Shown here: positions 1 through 9,050 of the stretch, piece by piece
Numbering within the stretch: position 1 is the stretch's first letter
Layout: every line of letters starts with the position of its first letter
Origin: an uncultured virus (IMG/VR IMGVR_UViG_3300034158_000001)
Taxonomy: Duplodnaviria > Heunggongvirae > Uroviricota > Caudoviricetes
Strand: one strand, 5' to 3'
Virus record (IMG/VR): IMGVR_UViG_3300034158_000001
DNA length: 64,000 nt
Notes under the pieces: generated by a model
The model's input: the letters and a program-made list of their open reading frames with translations, nothing else
What the model was told of the DNA's origin: nothing
Database searches by the model: none
Translations under genes and position numbers: made by a program

Positions 1-378
1 ACCGAACAGACCGAACAGACCGCGTTTTGTTGCCTGACCTTTCAGACCTGCGATAGCATCTGCGAAATTGGTCCCACCGCCTGCACGAATACCGTGCTTA
101 CGGATGTAGGTGTGTGCATCATCTACAGTCATATCTGGTGTACGGTCAAATGAAGTGTTGAAGAAACCAATCTCCATTTTGCCATCATCATCAAATTTCA
201 TAGCTGCTGCCAGGAACAGGTCAAGTGTATCTTGAACCCAACCACAACTGAACTCGTCGTCCATTGAGCCAGATTTATCTACAGCCAGCTTCACTGACAT
301 AATGATTGGTGTGAAAATCTGAGCCTTCTCAAGGTTCAGTTCCAGAGCTTTGGTCAAGTCTAACATTGGCATACCCAT
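1..378 (-). CDS. vWA-domain protein (TerF/TerY-like), truncated at window edge
   Basis: Manual translation MGMPMLDLTK...LAVDKSGSMDDEF...GGGTNFADAI; DxSxS MIDAS motif; AAGGAGG RBS upstream; adjacent to TelA-like gene. Confidence 0.65.
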   Translation of the reverse strand, partial: MGMPMLDLTKALELNLEKAQIFTPIIMSVKLAVDKSGSMDDEFSCGWVQDTLDLFLAAAMKFDDDGKMEIGFFNTSFDRTPDMTVDDAHTYIRKHGIRAGGGTNFADAIAGLKGQATKRGLFGLFG

Positions 379-401
379 ATATCCTCCTTTGGTTTAATGT
401 G

Positions 402-1529
402 TTAAATATTACCGGATTGTTTTAGTGCTGTCAACAAACTTTTCTGTCCATTTGCCAGCTCTTTCGCATCTGTGGTGCAGCGAGCAACGTCATCTCGCTC
501 GATCTGACGTACCTCAGTTACAGTCTCCAGTACACGCTGACGCAATGTGCTCAGAGTCTCAGTAGAGATGGTCGCAGTACCCAATGCCTTAGCACTGTTG
601 ATAGCAGCGATCTTAGCACCTTCACTACCTTTGAGCAAGCTCTTTTCAGTGAGGTCACGCACATTACTTACAAGCTGGATGCTGCTGTTCACGTCCAGTG
701 TCTGTTTGAACAAAGCAAACTCCATCATGATTACTGGAATATTCATCATGATGCCTTTCAGCGTAGACACTGCTGTACGGCTTGACTCTTGCTGCTGGCG
801 AATCCGTGGACTGTTGATTTCAGTCATAGTTTTCAGACGCAGCAGGGTGTCCAGCTTCAACTTCAGACGGTGAATCTTAGACTCAGCATCACGCACCATC
901 TGAGCTTCCATTGCAGCGTTAGGACCACTCAGGTCAATCTCAGGCCATGCCGCCACTTGGGACTCACACATATCGATCAGACTCTGCACTTCACGCATCT
1001 CAGAGGTGATCTTACCATAGTGGTTGTAGTTCTCGCCATACAAACCTTCCATGTCAGTGATCCACTGTTGTTGAGTGGTGATGTTCACGGAGATTTTATT
1101 CTCCAGGTCACCAAACACTTGCTGTGCAGAAGATAGACGCATGGTTAGCGTGTTCTTCAGGTCACTGAATTTGTTCTGGAACCAGCCTACCACACCACCC
1201 TTCTGAAGGGAAGCAGGATCAAGCTTATCAGCTTCAGAGGCAATAACAGTCAGGATTGCACCTAGCTCTTCAAACTTGCCAACAGACATTTTGGTGATAA
1301 TCTTCTGAGTGGTGTTACCCAACTCACGAGAGACGTTTTCACCAATACGGTCAATGTCTTCGTCAGACACGACCAGATTACGTGATGGCAGGCCAGCTTC
1401 ACGAATTGTGGCAGGGAACGCCGAACTCCTGCCAACAGAGGTTTCGGCGATCACAACTGAAACCTCACCAGCCTTCAAGCCACCAGTTGGCGCTGGCTGA
1501 AGTCCCGCTCTAGCAAATACTTTACTCAT
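402..1529 (-). CDS. Toxic anion resistance (TelA-like) coiled-coil protein
   Basis: Helical protein with LDPASLQKGGVVGWF pattern typical of the TelA family; start moved to MSKVF, which has an AAGGAG RBS. Confidence 0.6.
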   Translation of the reverse strand: MSKVFARAGLQPAPTGGLKAGEVSVVIAETSVGRSSAFPATIREAGLPSRNLVVSDEDIDRIGENVSRELGNTTQKIITKMSVGKFEELGAILTVIASEADKLDPASLQKGGVVGWFQNKFSDLKNTLTMRLSSAQQVFGDLENKISVNITTQQQWITDMEGLYGENYNHYGKITSEMREVQSLIDMCESQVAAWPEIDLSGPNAAMEAQMVRDAESKIHRLKLKLDTLLRLKTMTEINSPRIRQQQESSRTAVSTLKGIMMNIPVIMMEFALFKQTLDVNSSIQLVSNVRDLTEKSLLKGSEGAKIAAINSAKALGTATISTETLSTLRQRVLETVTEVRQIERDDVARCTTDAKELANGQKSLLTALKQSGNI

Positions 1530-1536
1530 AGTGGGT

Positions 1537-1923
1537 TTACTCTCCTTTCTCAATTCGGCCAATTTCTGTAGGGGTGTCACTGTGTTTACCACTCCATTTT
1601 AGTGTGCGGCCATTCAGCCCGTGGAAGAGAATATACCCGTCTTTCGAGAACAGGTAAACACCTTTCGAGACATCTTCCCCGTAACGTGTTGGAACTTCAA
1701 ACCCCTCCAAGTCGTAAAAAGACCAGCGCTCGCCGCAGCACTCACACCAATAACGAGCATCATCTTTGTCGATCATATCTTGCATAATAGCAAACGCTTG
1801 ATCAACGTTCATAGCTTGTACGAATACAACATCTGCAACAAAATCACCACGCTCGTAGTAACCACCAGAGTTATTCTGGTCAAACTCGTACCACAAAGCA
1901 CCTTCAATTTTTACTGGAAGCAT
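1537..1923 (-). CDS. Hypothetical phage protein (QNNSGG motif, CxCC)
   Basis: ORF with GGAGAG RBS downstream of a promoter. Confidence 0.65.
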   Translation of the reverse strand: MLPVKIEGALWYEFDQNNSGGYYERGDFVADVVFVQAMNVDQAFAIMQDMIDKDDARYWCECCGERWSFYDLEGFEVPTRYGEDVSKGVYLFSKDGYILFHGLNGRTLKWSGKHSDTPTEIGRIEKGE

Positions 1924-1968
1924 TCTCTTCTCTCCGTTTGTTTGCACCCTTAAGTGCTGATGTGAGTG

Positions 1969-1997
1969 ATTCTACGCATCATGGTTATCGGTGTCAA
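1969..1997 (-). promoter_or_regulatory. sigma70-like promoter TTGACA-N17-TAGAAT
   Basis: Reverse complement reads TTGACA ccgataaccatgatgcg TAGAAT. Confidence 0.8.
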
Positions 1998-2012
1998 CAC
2001 TTTCTTTTAGGC

Positions 2013-2040
2013 AAAGAAAAGCCCGCACAAGGCGGGCTAT
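2013..2040 (-). terminator. Rho-independent terminator
   Basis: AGCCCGC/GCGGGCT hairpin followed by a U-tract on the minus strand. Confidence 0.8.
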
Positions 2041-2044
2041 TCGA

Positions 2045-2359
2045 TTAAGCAGGTAGCAACTCTGGAGTTGGTACTAGCAATGACGGATCAGCAGTTGGTA
2101 CTGCTGGACCGGACAACTTCTCTTGAGCGATAAACTCACGATCAGTTTTATAGCGTGCATGACCGCCATCTGCAAAGTACACGTGGTACTGAGACAGAAC
2201 ACCTTTGTGTGGTGCCACAATTGTGGCTTTCCAGGCAGCCACTCCAGCACTGCCTGTAGTAGTCACGTCAATCCAAAAGCTATCCAGAAGTGGACCAGCC
2301 CCGGCGTTGTCCATGATACCAACCCAAGCGATTGTGTAAATAATTACTCTTTGTGCCAT
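2045..2359 (-). CDS. Hypothetical protein
   Basis: 104-aa ORF in a tightly packed operon. Confidence 0.6.
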   Translation of the reverse strand: MAQRVIIYTIAWVGIMDNAGAGPLLDSFWIDVTTTGSAGVAAWKATIVAPHKGVLSQYHVYFADGGHARYKTDREFIAQEKLSGPAVPTADPSLLVPTPELLPA

Positions 2360-2362
2360 CTT

Positions 2363-2608
2363 TCATTTCCTTCTATTAGGGGAAGCAGAACCTACCTCCA
2401 CAGCGTATTGTAACACATCCATTAAGATGTGTATACCTCTATTGTAGGTTGGACCTACGAGCCAGCGAGAATCTTCAATCTTGTCAAGCAGGTACATTCG
2501 GTCGTCTTCATCGAGCAAAACCGCTGCTGATGCAACTCCCTTTGTAAGGTTGTCAAGGTATTCAAGATACTCGACACCAGCCTCTCTAGTCATCCCACCA
2601 TGAGCCAT
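2363..2608 (-). CDS. Hypothetical protein
   Basis: 81-aa ORF, GGAGG RBS. Confidence 0.6.
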   Translation of the reverse strand: MAHGGMTREAGVEYLEYLDNLTKGVASAAVLLDEDDRMYLLDKIEDSRWLVGPTYNRGIHILMDVLQYAVEVGSASPNRRK

Positions 2609-2609
2609 A

Positions 2610-3182
2610 CTACATACCTCCGATCCACTTGCTTATTCGTTCAAAGTCTTCAGCCTTGTTCAAGTTGAAGGTGTCTATGCCGTTTTCTTTAGCAAGGTTG
2701 ATTGCCGTAGCAGTCCCGCCTTTAGGATTACCAGCTTTATCGAGACGTGTCCATGCTATCAGCATTTTTGAAGGTGCGTCAAGCATTTTCCCTAAGACTT
2801 GGAACACATTACGTGTGTGCATCTTCCTTGCACCAGTTTTACAGGCTGACCAAGCTGGGTGTATAGCCTCAGCCATACCCTCAGCAATGCGCTCGTCTGT
2901 GAGCTTTATATCGCTTGGGAGTATATTTAGCCCTCCATGAGAATACTTATAATGGTCCTCGTAGCCAGCCCATGGAAGGTAAATCTCTGCTGGAGTCCAA
3001 CTCCAAGGACCATCTAAACCAGCAAACCTGAACATTCCATTTTCAAAGGCTTGGTCAGCCCCCAAAGCACCTCCAGATCGTAAGGTCCACCCTTGAGAGG
3101 CCAGCTTGTGGCCGACCTCTTCCATCAGGGTTAGAATGTTAGCAGGCGTCTCGCGTGAGCCCACGCCTGTGTAGTACTTCAT
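2610..3182 (-). CDS. SLOG-superfamily (DprA/YpsA-like) nucleotide-binding protein
   Basis: YTGVGSRETP, LRSGGALGAD and GGTATAI motifs. Confidence 0.7.
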   Translation of the reverse strand: MKYYTGVGSRETPANILTLMEEVGHKLASQGWTLRSGGALGADQAFENGMFRFAGLDGPWSWTPAEIYLPWAGYEDHYKYSHGGLNILPSDIKLTDERIAEGMAEAIHPAWSACKTGARKMHTRNVFQVLGKMLDAPSKMLIAWTRLDKAGNPKGGTATAINLAKENGIDTFNLNKAEDFERISKWIGGM

Positions 3183-3487
3183 TACTTAACTTTCCAAGGC
3201 TCTGACTCAGACTTTGGAGTCTCTGGAGGCAGACCTACGTTAACCATAGCCAGGATGCTCACCTTAACGGCAGACAACGCATCGCCGATCATTCGGCATG
3301 GCAGGATGAAGAACCCAAACACAGCTTCGCCGCAAGCTTCCTTGAAGTCTCGGGTAGACACCCGGCGAACCTCTTTAAAGCGGATGCTGTAAAGAAAGTA
3401 GAAAACGTAAGTCACATAGAGGATTCCGTATGCGATTGCAAACTTAATCCAGTGTTCAAACAGAAAATCCATTGCAGACGAAAACAT
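3182..3487 (-). CDS. Hypothetical membrane protein
   Basis: N-terminal hydrophobic helix. Confidence 0.6.
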   Translation of the reverse strand: MFSSAMDFLFEHWIKFAIAYGILYVTYVFYFLYSIRFKEVRRVSTRDFKEACGEAVFGFFILPCRMIGDALSAVKVSILAMVNVGLPPETPKSESEPWKVK

Positions 3488-3488
3488 A

Positions 3489-3638
3489 TTAATTTCTCCC
3501 CGTTTCTTTACGCCATTTGGCGTCTAGTATTTTGATAAGAGCATCAAGCTCCTTGAATTTTTTGGCTTTGTAAAGCTCAAGGCATTGACTGCCCGGAGCC
3601 AGCCAAGTGTCTTTGTACTTAACTGCGTCTCTATACAC
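3489..3638 (-). CDS. Small hypothetical protein (49 aa, GTG start)
   Basis: Manual translation MYRDAVKYKDTWLAPGSQCLELYKAKKFKELD...; fills an operon gap. Confidence 0.5.
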   Translation of the reverse strand: MYRDAVKYKDTWLAPGSQCLELYKAKKFKELDALIKILDAKWRKETGRN

Positions 3639-3705
3639 TATTTATCCCGCTTTTCACAGAACCAGTAGGTAGCATAGCAAGCACAACCAATCACCAACAA
3701 CTCGA

Positions 3706-4230
3706 TCAGCATAAATCTTCCTCCCTCAGTACATATACCGTTACTGTAAAACGTTCGTCGAAGACACTATCAACAATCTCAGCAATTGTATCCCAGTCGC
3801 CGCCGCCAAGGCCAGCCCTAATCTTAGGGAAACCTACTTTAAAATAGTTAGGCTGATACTGTGTAGCAGTTAGGATGTCATTCCGCATGTGGGTCAAAGC
3901 CTCTTCAAGCTTACCATAATCAGTGTACCCCTTTGCGTCATAGCCGTAGTTGTATTGACCATAGAGGTTGTAGATCAACCCACAACTTCCGTCATCGCGG
4001 TCGTGAACACCAACAGAGCAGTCACCAAACTTACCAACGTCGCCTTTTTCAGTTTCCTGATCAGCGTACCAAGCATCAGGAAACTCCATCTTGATGGCTT
4101 TAGCCACACCAGAGTTCATAGTGCAGAAGCAGTTTGCCTGATGCCCAATAACACTCACCTCGCCAGATTTGAGGGCTTCAGTCAAGTCACCAACTTTGTA
4201 CTTAATCTTATTGTTATTGTACTTAGTCAT
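3706..4230 (-). CDS. Macrodomain (Appr-1-p / ADP-ribose processing) protein
   Basis: GDL, HQANCFCTMNSGVAKAI and FPKIRAGLGGGDW motifs. Confidence 0.85.
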   Translation of the reverse strand: MTKYNNNKIKYKVGDLTEALKSGEVSVIGHQANCFCTMNSGVAKAIKMEFPDAWYADQETEKGDVGKFGDCSVGVHDRDDGSCGLIYNLYGQYNYGYDAKGYTDYGKLEEALTHMRNDILTATQYQPNYFKVGFPKIRAGLGGGDWDTIAEIVDSVFDERFTVTVYVLREEDLC

Positions 4231-4339
4231 ATTTAGCCATCTCCCGCTCGTGCCACTTTTCATGCACTTCATCTGCAAATGCAACGATGACACAGAAAAT
4301 GAATAAACCAAAAAGCAGTTCCATAAAACCTCCTTAGAA

Positions 4340-4363
4340 AAGAAGCCCCTCCGAAGAGGGGCG
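4340..4363 (-). terminator. Rho-independent terminator
   Basis: GCCCCTC/GAGGGGC hairpin (TTCG loop on the minus strand) plus U-tract. Confidence 0.75.
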
Positions 4364-4368
4364 ATACA

Positions 4369-6120
4369 TCATGCCGAACGGGTACGAATTTCATCCAGTG
4401 TTACACGGCTCAGGAAGACACCGTCACGGTAGAACACTTTTAGGGCGTTACCCTCTTCTTCTTCCCACTCTTTGGTCACATTATCGTCAAGCTCAAAACC
4501 AGCCTCAGAGTGCATAACATACAAACGACCTTTGGCAGACTTCTTCTTGCTGTCAGTCTTCGGGTCTTTGAAGATTGCCACTTCGTCACCATTGATGACA
4601 GAGTTGGTTGCCTTCACAGCAAAGCCAAAGGTGTCACGGGTGTTACACTGGTAAGTGTAACTACCAACCCCGAAGACAACGTTTGCAGCAGCAAAGCCCT
4701 TCTTGGACAAACGGTCCAGAATTTCCAGGGCACGCTTTGTGGTAATACTGTCACCATAAATTAGGCCAATGTGCGAGTCAAGCAGTTTGTGACCAGTTTC
4801 GGTGAGAGTCCCACCGAAAGTGTCATACAGAACCTCGATTGCGCCTTTTACTTCTGCTTCAGTGATTTCAACCTGAACATAGTCGTAAAAATCACAACCA
4901 CGCCAGTCATCGTAACCCTCATAGCTGATTTCGTAGTACTTACCGTCAACACGAACGTAGTCATAGCCAAGGTCATGATACTCACCACGATCACTGTTAT
5001 TCTCAAGTGCTTCCTGAGTGGTATCAACCACACTGAAACCACAGATCACTTTAACAGGATCACCAGAGTCTGGACGCACCACCAGTTTACCCGGTTGTGG
5101 GCCAAAGCCTTCACGTGCCATGATCACGTCTTTCAGGTATGGATACCCACGAGTCAGCATACCCCAGAAGTCGTATGTATCCGATACGTTAGAGACGATG
5201 CCGTTAGGCACAATCTCAGTGATCAGGACGTAAACGAACATCACTTCAGCGATCAGACGGGTATTTTCGTCGTTGTAAAGCATCGCAGAGTAAATCTTGT
5301 ACTGCTCGTCGTTCAAGAACTCATACTCGCCAGCTAACAGCTCACGCTCAATCGAGATGATGTTGTTCGAAGTCACAGCGTGCTCGGTTGCTGGAACACT
5401 AATACCAATCAAACCTGTTGCATCGTAGTAACGCTTGGCGTAGGTGATAGCTGGCAGGGTGTCAGTGCCGATAAACTGAGTCAAGTGACCAATACCGCTG
5501 CGTGCTGCGTCTTCGATACCGCTCATACCACGCATCGAGAAGTCATGGCACATTACCGAAACAGTGAAGGCATCGTAGCAGCCAGTCAGCTTCGTGTAGT
5601 GTTCACAAATCTTACGATACTCACGTGCAATCGTTGCGTTGGTGGCTGTCTTCCAAGTAGAGGCGGACAGCGGAGTCTCTTGGTAGTTCACCAGCCAGAA
5701 AAACTCAGTCAGGGTGTTGGTGATGGTCAGTACAGGGATACCCATCGGAACCAAACTACCTTCAGGCAGCGAACGGAACTCAAGTGGCAGATAACCCAGG
5801 TCATGCAGCGCTTCCATCTGACCTACAGTAGGCAGTTCACGGCCAAGATAACCAAGCAGGAAGTCTGCGTATTCTTCGATCACTTGAGCCTTTGGCTGAG
5901 TGAAGAAAGTGCGTACCCAGTTCTCGTTCAGCTCTTGTACAGCAGCTTGACCACCAACCCAAACCAACTTGCCATCGTAGAACGCTGTGCAGTTTCGGCG
6001 ATGAATTTTGTCAGTACGCGGGGTCAGGTTACTGCCAACTTGAGTGGTGCCTTTACGGTACATCTGCCCGTGGCCCAGCTTGTAACCATCAGTAGCCAAG
6101 TGCATCAGGAAGTTGCTCAT
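4369..6120 (-). CDS. Nicotinamide phosphoribosyltransferase-like enzyme (likely Namat of NARP1)
   Basis: TDGYKLGH, HDFSMRG, SVPATEH, VSDTYD, VVRPDSGDP, GDSIT and KKSAKG motifs. Confidence 0.9.
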   Translation of the reverse strand: MSNFLMHLATDGYKLGHGQMYRKGTTQVGSNLTPRTDKIHRRNCTAFYDGKLVWVGGQAAVQELNENWVRTFFTQPKAQVIEEYADFLLGYLGRELPTVGQMEALHDLGYLPLEFRSLPEGSLVPMGIPVLTITNTLTEFFWLVNYQETPLSASTWKTATNATIAREYRKICEHYTKLTGCYDAFTVSVMCHDFSMRGMSGIEDAARSGIGHLTQFIGTDTLPAITYAKRYYDATGLIGISVPATEHAVTSNNIISIERELLAGEYEFLNDEQYKIYSAMLYNDENTRLIAEVMFVYVLITEIVPNGIVSNVSDTYDFWGMLTRGYPYLKDVIMAREGFGPQPGKLVVRPDSGDPVKVICGFSVVDTTQEALENNSDRGEYHDLGYDYVRVDGKYYEISYEGYDDWRGCDFYDYVQVEITEAEVKGAIEVLYDTFGGTLTETGHKLLDSHIGLIYGDSITTKRALEILDRLSKKGFAAANVVFGVGSYTYQCNTRDTFGFAVKATNSVINGDEVAIFKDPKTDSKKKSAKGRLYVMHSEAGFELDDNVTKEWEEEEGNALKVFYRDGVFLSRVTLDEIRTRSA

Positions 6121-6290
6121 ACTTTCTCTCCATTAACAGCCGCTTTGATTAGGAATGCCAGGTCTTCTGCATTCTTGTGGTCTACGAAAATAGCGGTATC
6201 ACCATCAACCGTGATCTGCACATAGCTGTTGTCTCGATACACATCGATATCGCCTAGGTTAGCAACGTGCGTTGATAATTTAGAACTCAT
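6117..6290 (-). CDS. Small hypothetical protein (57 aa)
   Basis: Manual translation MSSKLSTHVANLGDIDVY...; AAGGAG RBS; ATGA overlap with next gene. Confidence 0.6.
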   Translation of the reverse strand: MSSKLSTHVANLGDIDVYRDNSYVQITVDGDTAIFVDHKNAEDLAFLIKAAVNGEKV

Positions 6291-6326
6291 TGTGTCTCTC
6301 CTTTGTGTCTCTGTTTGTGTGGGGCC

Positions 6327-6354
6327 ATCTTACCAGACTGGCCCTCCATGTCAA
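6327..6354 (-). promoter_or_regulatory. Promoter TTGACA-N16-TAAGAT
   Basis: Direct reading; the -10 and leader segment is shared with the promoter at 8208. Confidence 0.75.
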
Positions 6355-6512
6355 CGTTTATTTTGCATCGCAGTGGACCACATCATCTGATCAATACGAT
6401 CATTGTAATTGCGGTTAGAGATATAAAATGCAATCCAAGCCACTACCCAAGGAAAGAACAGGATGGATAGGATCAAGTGACCAATGTGATTTGTTCTTCG
6501 TTTAGTTAACAT
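6351..6512 (-). CDS. Small membrane protein (53 aa)
   Basis: MLTKRRTNHIGHLILSILFFPWVVAWIAFYI...; GGAGG RBS. Confidence 0.6.
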   Translation of the reverse strand: MLTKRRTNHIGHLILSILFFPWVVAWIAFYISNRNYNDRIDQMMWSTAMQNKR

Positions 6513-7320
6513 TGTTGCCTCCGCAGTAAAATTGTGGGTTCATCATTAGCGGGGCATCTGGTGGCAAGAAGCACTGTGGCTGTTGCATCACTACAGGTGC
6601 TGCTACCGCTGGTTGACGTTGTTGCATCAAGAGCTGGTTTTGCATGTCCAGTTTATCTTCGATACGCTGGTCAGTCTTAGCTTGTTCAATCTGTGCAGCA
6701 GTGGCCCCGGAACTCGCCCCATAGTGGTGAGGAGTAGTGATTGCGTTATACAGCATCATACCACCCACTGCTCCAGCCGCCCCATACAGGAAGCTACTTC
6801 CACCAGAGTTATACCCACCGTAACCATAACCACCATAACCCCGATTATATCCATTGTAACCTCCATACGAATTTCCGTAGTAATTGCGTTGAATTACCGT
6901 GGTGCGTGGGCTGCTGTACACCGAACGATTGGAGCTATACCCGACAGGACTACTAACCTTACGCACAGCGGGTCGGTAAATTGGTGCAGGTGCGGAGCTT
7001 ACAGACTTCTTACCAAACCAACCCGTATTAACTGTCGATGTAGGACGGCTAGACGGTACGCTTGCACTTGGACGGCTTACCGTCTGGGTTGGTGCAGGCT
7101 TGGAGAAACCAAGTGCCTTTAGGCCAGGGTTGCTGCTTGTGGAACGGCTCGGAGCGGACACCGCTGGAGCCGAGTACTGCTTTGGGGCAGAGTAGCTGCT
7201 CCGAGACGAAGAGCTGTAGCTCGACCGAGAGGACGAAGAAACTCGACTTGCAGCATCAGCCTCGACAACAATCACACCCATCATCAGGAAGCCCATAACA
7301 CCAGCGATAATCTTTTTCAT
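6502..7320 (-). CDS. Exported low-complexity S/R/Y/G-rich protein
   Basis: Signal peptide (ADA|A), Ser-rich and GY-rich tracts, GAAGAVGG hydrophobic segment, Q-rich tail. Confidence 0.7.
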   Translation of the reverse strand: MKKIIAGVMGFLMMGVIVVEADAASRVSSSSRSSYSSSSRSSYSAPKQYSAPAVSAPSRSTSSNPGLKALGFSKPAPTQTVSRPSASVPSSRPTSTVNTGWFGKKSVSSAPAPIYRPAVRKVSSPVGYSSNRSVYSSPRTTVIQRNYYGNSYGGYNGYNRGYGGYGYGGYNSGGSSFLYGAAGAVGGMMLYNAITTPHHYGASSGATAAQIEQAKTDQRIEDKLDMQNQLLMQQRQPAVAAPVVMQQPQCFLPPDAPLMMNPQFYCGGNNVN

Positions 7321-7329
7321 GTGTAATCC

Positions 7330-8178
7330 TCAGTATTTCAGAACAGTGAGTTTTGGGTTAAGCCCTTGCGGTAACGAGTCAGTAGTGTACACGTGATCAA
7401 ACACATCTGTCAACACCTCGACACCCTTAGAGAAGATACCGTGTGTGACGGCCAACTCAAGGTACTCAACATAGCTGATGCACTTCACCAACTCTACGAA
7501 TGTACGCCCGCCATCACAAATATCATCGAGTACCAAATACTTACCGTCTGGGTCGACATCACCAATTGGTGCCATCCCTGTAATCTTACCTGTCGAAAGC
7601 TCACGATGCTTCTGGAAGTACACAACCGCCTTAGCCCCAACAGCTTTTGCGAACTCTTCGGTCTTCTTAGCAGCACCAGCATCAGGGGCAATGATAGTCC
7701 ACTCGCTCCAGTCGTCTTTGATGCCTTTGAACGCAGTGATCTGGTCAACTACGAAGCATCGGTCCAATGCAGCTACGAGAACGGGGCTGTGAGGGTCTAC
7801 AACAGTCACTGTGGCGTAGTTCTGCGAGTTAATGAGCGTAGCCATTACCTTGGCACTCAAAGCCTCCCCAGGGTTGCATACGCGGTCCTGGCGTGCATAC
7901 GGAAAGTATGGAATGTTCAGGTCAAGGCGTGCATTTGGGTAGACACGACGCAAAGCGTCTGTCGCAAGAAACATTGCCATCAACTGGTCGCTGTTTTGAA
8001 TCTTAGCAACAAGATCAATGGTATCAACGTAGTTGGATTCAGTGTCCAGCCAAGAAAGAGAGCCAGTGTTGATATTCACACCAACCTCGCCACCAGGGAA
8101 GGTCATTGTGCTGACAGAAATCCGTTGGGTGCGGAAGCCATTTACTGTGTAGTAAAGATTTTCGTTAAACTCGGTCAT
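7330..8178 (-). CDS. prs: Ribose-phosphate pyrophosphokinase-like enzyme (likely Adps of NARP1)
   Basis: FPGGE, PYFPYARQDR, DPHS, APDAGA and VLDDICDGGRTF motifs. Confidence 0.9.
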   Translation of the reverse strand: MTEFNENLYYTVNGFRTQRISVSTMTFPGGEVGVNINTGSLSWLDTESNYVDTIDLVAKIQNSDQLMAMFLATDALRRVYPNARLDLNIPYFPYARQDRVCNPGEALSAKVMATLINSQNYATVTVVDPHSPVLVAALDRCFVVDQITAFKGIKDDWSEWTIIAPDAGAAKKTEEFAKAVGAKAVVYFQKHRELSTGKITGMAPIGDVDPDGKYLVLDDICDGGRTFVELVKCISYVEYLELAVTHGIFSKGVEVLTDVFDHVYTTDSLPQGLNPKLTVLKY

Positions 8179-8207
8179 GATTGACCCTCCTTTGTTTGTG
8201 TGGGGCC

Positions 8208-8235
8208 ATCTTATCTAATGGCCCCATGTTGTCAA
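8208..8235 (-). promoter_or_regulatory. Promoter TTGACA-N16-TAAGAT
   Basis: Direct reading upstream of the prs-like gene. Confidence 0.75.
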
Positions 8236-8241
8236 CTGATT

Positions 8242-8634
8242 TTATAGAGAAACCTGAAATGCTGTACGCATGTTGTCTAACTCCTCTTGAGGAACATCAT
8301 GGACGTTGACTCCTCCACGACGATTCTCTACGACGATATAAGTCACACGGTAGCCATACTTCTCAGCCAGTTTGCGATAGTTCTTTAACGACTTCGCAGT
8401 TGGGAAGACGTTGGAGACAACGACAGGCTCACCTTCAGCCATCGTTTCCTCAATATCGAGCAGGCATTGACGGTAGGCGTAAGCCATACGACCTTCAGTC
8501 CACAGATACTCTCCTTCCTCCGTGTACAAATACTTGTCATGCTCAAAGTGATTGCAATCCAAGCCATACGCCAACTCTTGTGCGAAGGTCGACTTACCAG
8601 AACCCGGCAAGCCACGAATCAGATAAAGGTTCAC
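8242..8634 (-). CDS. P-loop kinase (AAA_33 / polynucleotide-kinase-like)
   Basis: LIRGLPGSGKST Walker A motif; VSNVF; HDVP. Confidence 0.8.
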   Translation of the reverse strand: MNLYLIRGLPGSGKSTFAQELAYGLDCNHFEHDKYLYTEEGEYLWTEGRMAYAYRQCLLDIEETMAEGEPVVVSNVFPTAKSLKNYRKLAEKYGYRVTYIVVENRRGGVNVHDVPQEELDNMRTAFQVSL

Positions 8635-9050
8635 TTGTTCAGAGCCATGATCAGCAACTCACGTGCCATCTCTGGAGTGATCACGCCTTGCAGGATACCT
8701 TTCAACTCGCTACGCAGTCGCGACTGCTCTGTTTGTACAGCCTGAGACACAAGTGATTGCACTTTCTCTGCCAGTGCCTTATCCATAGAGGCTTCGATAG
8801 TGGTTTTGACTACGTTATCAATCGCCTTCAGCATGTTCGGGTCTTTTACAGTGTAACGTGGGTTTGCCCAGTATCCATTGTCCTTCAGCATTTCATTGAC
8901 AGCACGCTTCACAGCGTCGTCAACGTTAGACTGCACAACATCAGAACGGATGTTCTTCAACACCTCGTTCCCAATCTCCACTTCCAACTCGGCGTTATCA
9001 GCAATCAACGCTCGCAAGCCAGCAGTGTCCAAACGCATCTTAATAGTCAT
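8631..9050 (-). CDS. Hypothetical protein
   Basis: 139-aa ORF overlapping its neighbours. Confidence 0.65.
   Translation of the reverse strand: MTIKMRLDTAGLRALIADNAELEVEIGNEVLKNIRSDVVQSNVDDAVKRAVNEMLKDNGYWANPRYTVKDPNMLKAIDNVVKTTIEASMDKALAEKVQSLVSQAVQTEQSRLRSELKGILQGVITPEMARELLIMALNK

Noticed and set aside
1..22. ACCGAACAG tandem repeat
   Set aside because: It simply encodes GLF-GLF-G within the vWA gene.
5380..6225. Long antisense ORFs (e.g. 5380-6225, 7393-8184, 27325-28029, 56039-56854, 60439-61578)
   Set aside because: They are shadows of strongly codon-biased genes on the opposite strand, with no RBS or recognisable motifs.
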